Source: Actinomycetota bacterium (GTDB taxonomy: Bacteria; Actinomycetota; UBA4738). Taken from it: DNA of 64,000 nucleotides. The stretch lies in contig JBKPAF010000054.1 in the NCBI GenBank assembly GCA_046726275.1, positions 471 through 64,470 on the forward strand, written 5' to 3'. The stretch's first letter is position 1. Each line of letters opens with the position of its first letter. Below, piece by piece: positions 60,830-64,000 of this stretch. Both the position numbers and the translations under genes were made by a program. Under the pieces are notes generated by a model, which was not told where the DNA came from, made no database searches, and worked only from the letters and a program-made list of their open reading frames with translations.

Positions 60830-61573
60830 CTAGGGCACGTCGCGGCGGGATACAGCGAGCGAGCCGGCAAGGGCCACCACGGCGGCGTAGAGGGCGAGGA
60901 GGAGGAGGGCGACCCACGGCGCGAGCAACGACCCTGGCTCCTGCCCGCTGATCGCCAGGGCCGCCGCGCCGGGAAGGAAGCGCCCTATGTCCCCGAGACC
61001 AACCAGATCCCCGGCCAGGAGGCCCTCGACGAACAGCAGCCAAGCGCAGATCCCGACCAGCGTCGGCACCTGGTGGCGAACGAGCGCGCCCACACCGACG
61101 CCGATCGCTGCCCACAGCGCGGCCGCCACCGCAGCCCCCAGGACGAGGAGCACGTAGTCACCCGTGTCGAGCAGCACGTCGATCCCCCGTGCTCGGAGCG
61201 CGGCCGTGCCCGCGGCCGCCGCAGCAGCTCCGGCGCTGAGCCCGAACCCGACCCCGATCATGACGCTGGCTAGGACCTTCGCGGAAATGACGCGACCGCG
61301 CCGGGGCGTGACGAGGAAGGTCGGACGGATCGTCCCGTGGCGAATCTCGGAGGTGATCGACAGCGCTCCGAGAAGGGCGGCGAAGAGGGCGCCGAGGAAC
61401 TCCCCTCGGCCGAACACCATCAGCTGCATGAGCGCGTTGGAGAGGTCATCGGCGGGAAGCAAGCTATGCAGGAACACGGCGAGTAGGACGAGGCCGAGCA
61501 TGGCGGTGAAAAGGCCAAGGCCGGTCCGGGTCGAGCGCTGCTTCAGCAGCTCAGCGCGAAGCTGGGCCTTCAC
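60830..61573 (-). CDS. ABC-2-type transporter permease
   Basis: Track ORF of 247 aa with 6 TM helices. The N-terminal AELLKQRSTRTGLGLF and SEIRHGTIRPTFLVTP motifs are typical of ABC-2 exporter permeases. It has a 4-nt overlap with the ATPase gene. Confidence 0.8.
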   Translation of the reverse strand: MKAQLRAELLKQRSTRTGLGLFTAMLGLVLLAVFLHSLLPADDLSNALMQLMVFGRGEFLGALFAALLGALSITSEIRHGTIRPTFLVTPRRGRVISAKVLASVMIGVGFGLSAGAAAAAAGTAALRARGIDVLLDTGDYVLLVLGAAVAAALWAAIGVGVGALVRHQVPTLVGICAWLLFVEGLLAGDLVGLGDIGRFLPGAAALAISGQEPGSLLAPWVALLLLALYAAVVALAGSLAVSRRDVP

Positions 61574-62334
61574 GACGCCGCTCCGGTCAGCCCCAGGAAG
61601 ACGTCCTCGAGCGTCCGCCCGGGCTCAGTGAGCTCATCGAGGCGGCCCGCCGCGACCCGGCGGCCGCGGTCGATGATCACCACGTGATCGACGGTCCGGG
61701 CCGCCTCGGCCAGCATGTGACTCGAAACGAGCACCGTCCGGCCCTCCTCGGCGAACCGGCGCAGGAACTGCCGCAGCCAGTGGATGCCAGCGGGGTCGAG
61801 TCCGTTGGCTGGCTCGTCGAGGACGAGTAGCTGAGGGTCCCCGAGGAGCGCCGCTGCCAGGGCCAGTCGCTGTCGCATCCCCAGTGAGTACGTCTTCACC
61901 CGCCGATGGGCGACGGCCTCGAGCTCGACCAAGGCCAGCACCTCGTCCACTCGGCTGGAGGAGATCTCCGCCGCGAGTGCGAGGACTCTCAGGTGGTTCC
62001 GCCCGGAACGCCCGGGATGAAGGTCAGCCGACTCGAGCACCCCACCGACCCGACGTGCCGGGTCGTCGAGCTCTTGGTACCGGTGCCCGAAGAGGAGCGC
62101 CTGGCCCGCGGTCGGCTCGGCGAGTCCGAGAAGAAGGCGCAGAGTGGTCGTCTTGCCGGCGCCGTTTGGACCGAGGAACCCTGTGACTGTGCCCGGGCAA
62201 AGCGAAAACGTGAGGTTGTCGACCGCAACCACGTCGCCGAAACGCTTGGTCAGGGAGCGGACCTCAACCACTGGCTCGCGGGCGCCTTCCTCGGAGCGGA
62301 CAGGCATACCCCGTTCGTCCCTGCGCCTCGCCAC
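61570..62334 (-). CDS. ABC transporter ATP-binding protein
   Basis: Track ORF of 254 aa. Walker A GPNGAGKTT, signature YSLGMRQRLALA, Walker B LLVLDEPANGLD, and the H-loop SSHML. The start may be the internal ATG at 62307. Confidence 0.9.
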   Translation of the reverse strand: MARRRDERGMPVRSEEGAREPVVEVRSLTKRFGDVVAVDNLTFSLCPGTVTGFLGPNGAGKTTTLRLLLGLAEPTAGQALLFGHRYQELDDPARRVGGVLESADLHPGRSGRNHLRVLALAAEISSSRVDEVLALVELEAVAHRRVKTYSLGMRQRLALAAALLGDPQLLVLDEPANGLDPAGIHWLRQFLRRFAEEGRTVLVSSHMLAEAARTVDHVVIIDRGRRVAAGRLDELTEPGRTLEDVFLGLTGAAS

Positions 62335-62346
62335 GTGTCGGCCCGC

Positions 62347-62523
62347 CTAGTGGGTACCGGGGCCGATGGTGCCGGTGAGGTGGAGGTAGACGATCAGCGC
62401 GACCAGAGCCACCGTCAGGATGATCCCGAGGATGAGCCCCCATCGCGATCTGCTGTTAGCGGCTCCGCGGTCGGGACCTCGGCCAGCGTCGTCGGCCTGA
62501 GGGAAGCGGGGCGGATCGGTCAT
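62347..62523 (-). CDS. Small single-TM protein (58 aa) leading the ABC-2 operon; not in ORF track
   Basis: ATG at 62523 is preceded by GAGGAGGAAACAC. Translation: MTDPPRFPQADDAGRGPDRGAANSRSRWGLILGIILTVALVALIVYLHLTGTIGPGTH. The stop lies 12 nt upstream of the ATPase ORF start. Confidence 0.5.
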   Translation of the reverse strand: MTDPPRFPQADDAGRGPDRGAANSRSRWGLILGIILTVALVALIVYLHLTGTIGPGTH

Positions 62524-62635
62524 GTGTTTCCTCCTCAGTCCTCAAAAAGTCGCGGTCGTGAGTTTATCGAGACATACTGTCGCTGCCAAACCAACGCGTC
62601 TCGATCCCTGTGGCCATCGCGTTATACTTTATGTC

Positions 62636-63214
62636 GTGCCGAAGCTGTGGACCGAGACGATCGAGACCCACCGCCGAGAGGTGCGCGATGCGATCGTGGA
62701 CACCGCGGTGGCGCTGGTGGCCGAGCACGGGCTGTTGTCGGTAACGATGTCGCAGATCGCCGATGAGGCCGGCATCGGACGGGCGACGCTCTACAAGTAC
62801 TTCCCGGACGTGGAATCAATCCTCCGCGCCTGGCACGGTGGTCAGATCTCCGCTCACCTCGCGTATCTCGCCGAGGTCCGGGACCAAGCTGATGGCCCCG
62901 GCGACCAGCTCGAAGCCGTGCTTCTCGCCTACGCCCTCCTCTCCCGCGGCTCCCGCGGGCACCACGACACCGACTTCGTGGCCTTCCTCCATCGAGACCA
63001 CCAGGTGGCCCGAGCACAGCGGCAGGTTCACCAGATGATCCGGGACTTGCTCACCGAGGCCGCAAAGACCGGCGCCGTTCGGGAAGATGTGTCGCCGGAC
63101 GAGCTCGCAAGCTACTGCGTCCAGGCGCTGGCGGGATCCGGCGCCCGGCGTTCGAAAGCCGCGGTTCGGCGCCTGGTGTCGGTAGCTCTTGCCGGGTTGC
63201 GTCCGCAGCGCTAG
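62636..63214 (+). CDS. TetR-family transcriptional regulator
   Basis: In-frame GTG at 62636 in track ORF 62522..63214. HTH: LSVTMSQIADEAGIGRATLYKYFPDVESIL. It is divergent from the small-TM/ABC-2 operon. Confidence 0.85.
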   Translation: MPKLWTETIETHRREVRDAIVDTAVALVAEHGLLSVTMSQIADEAGIGRATLYKYFPDVESILRAWHGGQISAHLAYLAEVRDQADGPGDQLEAVLLAYALLSRGSRGHHDTDFVAFLHRDHQVARAQRQVHQMIRDLLTEAAKTGAVREDVSPDELASYCVQALAGSGARRSKAAVRRLVSVALAGLRPQR

Positions 63215-63650
63215 GGCTCCGGGATCGCGTCCAGGTCGTGATCCTCGCCGATGAGACGGGCGTGAAATGCCCGACTCCCTGCGGATTGCTCAAAGATCTG
63301 AGCCCCGATTCTCCTATTCCGGGTGCGGATAAGGGACATTCGGCGAAGACCGGTTGCGTTTCTATGGCCCCGAAGACGTACATCTGGCCGTTTTGGCTCG
63401 GAAAGGGATCTTGCAGCTTCCCCGAACGCCTGTTCGCCTGCGACCTCCTCGAGTGGGCACTCCATTTCCTCGATCTCCCAACTAAGGAATGGAGAGTGGG
63501 AGGGGTGGGGATACATGCCTAGGAAGGACGCCCAGTGGCTAGATCGACTCAGGTGGTTCGTGGCCCCGAAATCGGCCCGCTGAAGGATAAGAGACGGATC
63601 GGGGTCGGCGCTTGCCCGAATTCGGCCAGGTCTGACCAGCCTCATGCGTC

Positions 63651-64000
63651 ATGAGCCAGCATCGTCACGTATGGATAGGTCTGGAGAGCAGCTCTTGGTG
63701 TGATCAGTGTGACGCGCCACCACGAAACTTGCGCTCCGACGCGTCCCGCTCGTTCTGTGGGGATCATGAGCGACCAATCTCGATAGCTCAGAGGTGGCAG
63801 TGCGCCGAGTGTGGGACCACAGTTCAGGAACTGAACCCCTCGGTCTACCCGGAGAGAAGGTGGGGATGGATAGCGACGATCGCAGGTGCCGTGTGCCTGC
63901 TCGGCGTGCTCGGTTGGGCACTCACGGGTGCACTTCGAGTGACATCGGGGCCGTTCCCCCACCGTGCACCGACACCGGCTGTCCTTTCAGGTCCAGACGA
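63651..64000 (+). CDS. Zinc-ribbon (2x CxxC) + TM protein, partial (runs off the window)
   Basis: This ORF is open from ATG 63651 to the window end, so it is not in the track. Translation: MSQHRHVWIGLESSSWCDQCDAPPRNLRSDASRSFCGDHERPISIAQRWQCAECGTTVQELNP...RRWGWIATIAGAVCLLGVLGWALTG.... It competes with antisense track ORF 63642..63962, which has no recognisable features. Confidence 0.4.
   Translation, partial: MSQHRHVWIGLESSSWCDQCDAPPRNLRSDASRSFCGDHERPISIAQRWQCAECGTTVQELNPSVYPERRWGWIATIAGAVCLLGVLGWALTGALRVTSGPFPHRAPTPAVLSGPD

Noticed and set aside
63211-63645. The 144-aa minus-strand track ORF directly after TetR.
   Set aside because: It has no motifs or SD and sits in a low-GC stretch with several equally plausible overlapping ORFs. 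I left it unannotated. It is mentioned under the composition-break finding.

Overview
High-GC, gene-dense chromosomal segment. It looks Actinomycetota-like, judged by eye from an LCP-family ligase, a SigK/RskA-type ECF pair, GatCAB, and serA-ilvE-FAH-gltX synteny. I found about 55 CDS, 2 tRNAs, no rRNA, no CRISPR array and no intact mobile element.

**1-38 kb: mostly core metabolism.**
- Propionyl/methylmalonyl-CoA genes: pccB (cut by the window edge) and methylmalonyl-CoA epimerase.
- Beta-oxidation-type genes: two ACADs, a thiolase, an AMP-forming acyl-CoA synthetase and a hotdog thioesterase.
- gatC-gatA and gatB, a class-V aminotransferase with serA, ilvE, and FAH-gltX.
- Envelope and regulatory genes are interspersed: two tandem GT-C-like membrane proteins, LCP, MarR-MFS, an ECF sigma/anti-sigma pair, and a divergent FtsH paralogue.

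**38-64 kb: accessory DNA.**
- An intact tRNA-Glu(CUC) is followed by two nested partial copies of its own 3' end. These delimit two integrase-less islands.
- One island carries only two paralogous SulP-STAS-cNMP-binding transporters.
- The other carries a frameshifted HTH-class III cyclase, a PUA/EVE-like protein, M23, DinB, a serine hydrolase and a TolB-like lipoprotein.
- Further right lie an S8 protease with an unusual W-x-G-N-x pentad tail, an untracked small Cys-rich gene with its own SD and terminator, a DUF2231-Rieske fusion, a two-component system, tRNA-Gln(CUG), a decayed tyrosine recombinase, an ABC-2 exporter with TetR, and a lower-GC tail.

**Best candidates for something undescribed:**
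1. An 888-aa single-pass membrane protein that fuses a cytoplasmic CHAT (caspase-like) protease to an extracytoplasmic Asp-box beta-propeller.
2. The tRNA-Glu-anchored, integrase-less cNMP module.

All functional calls come from motif reading of the translations. No database search was run.
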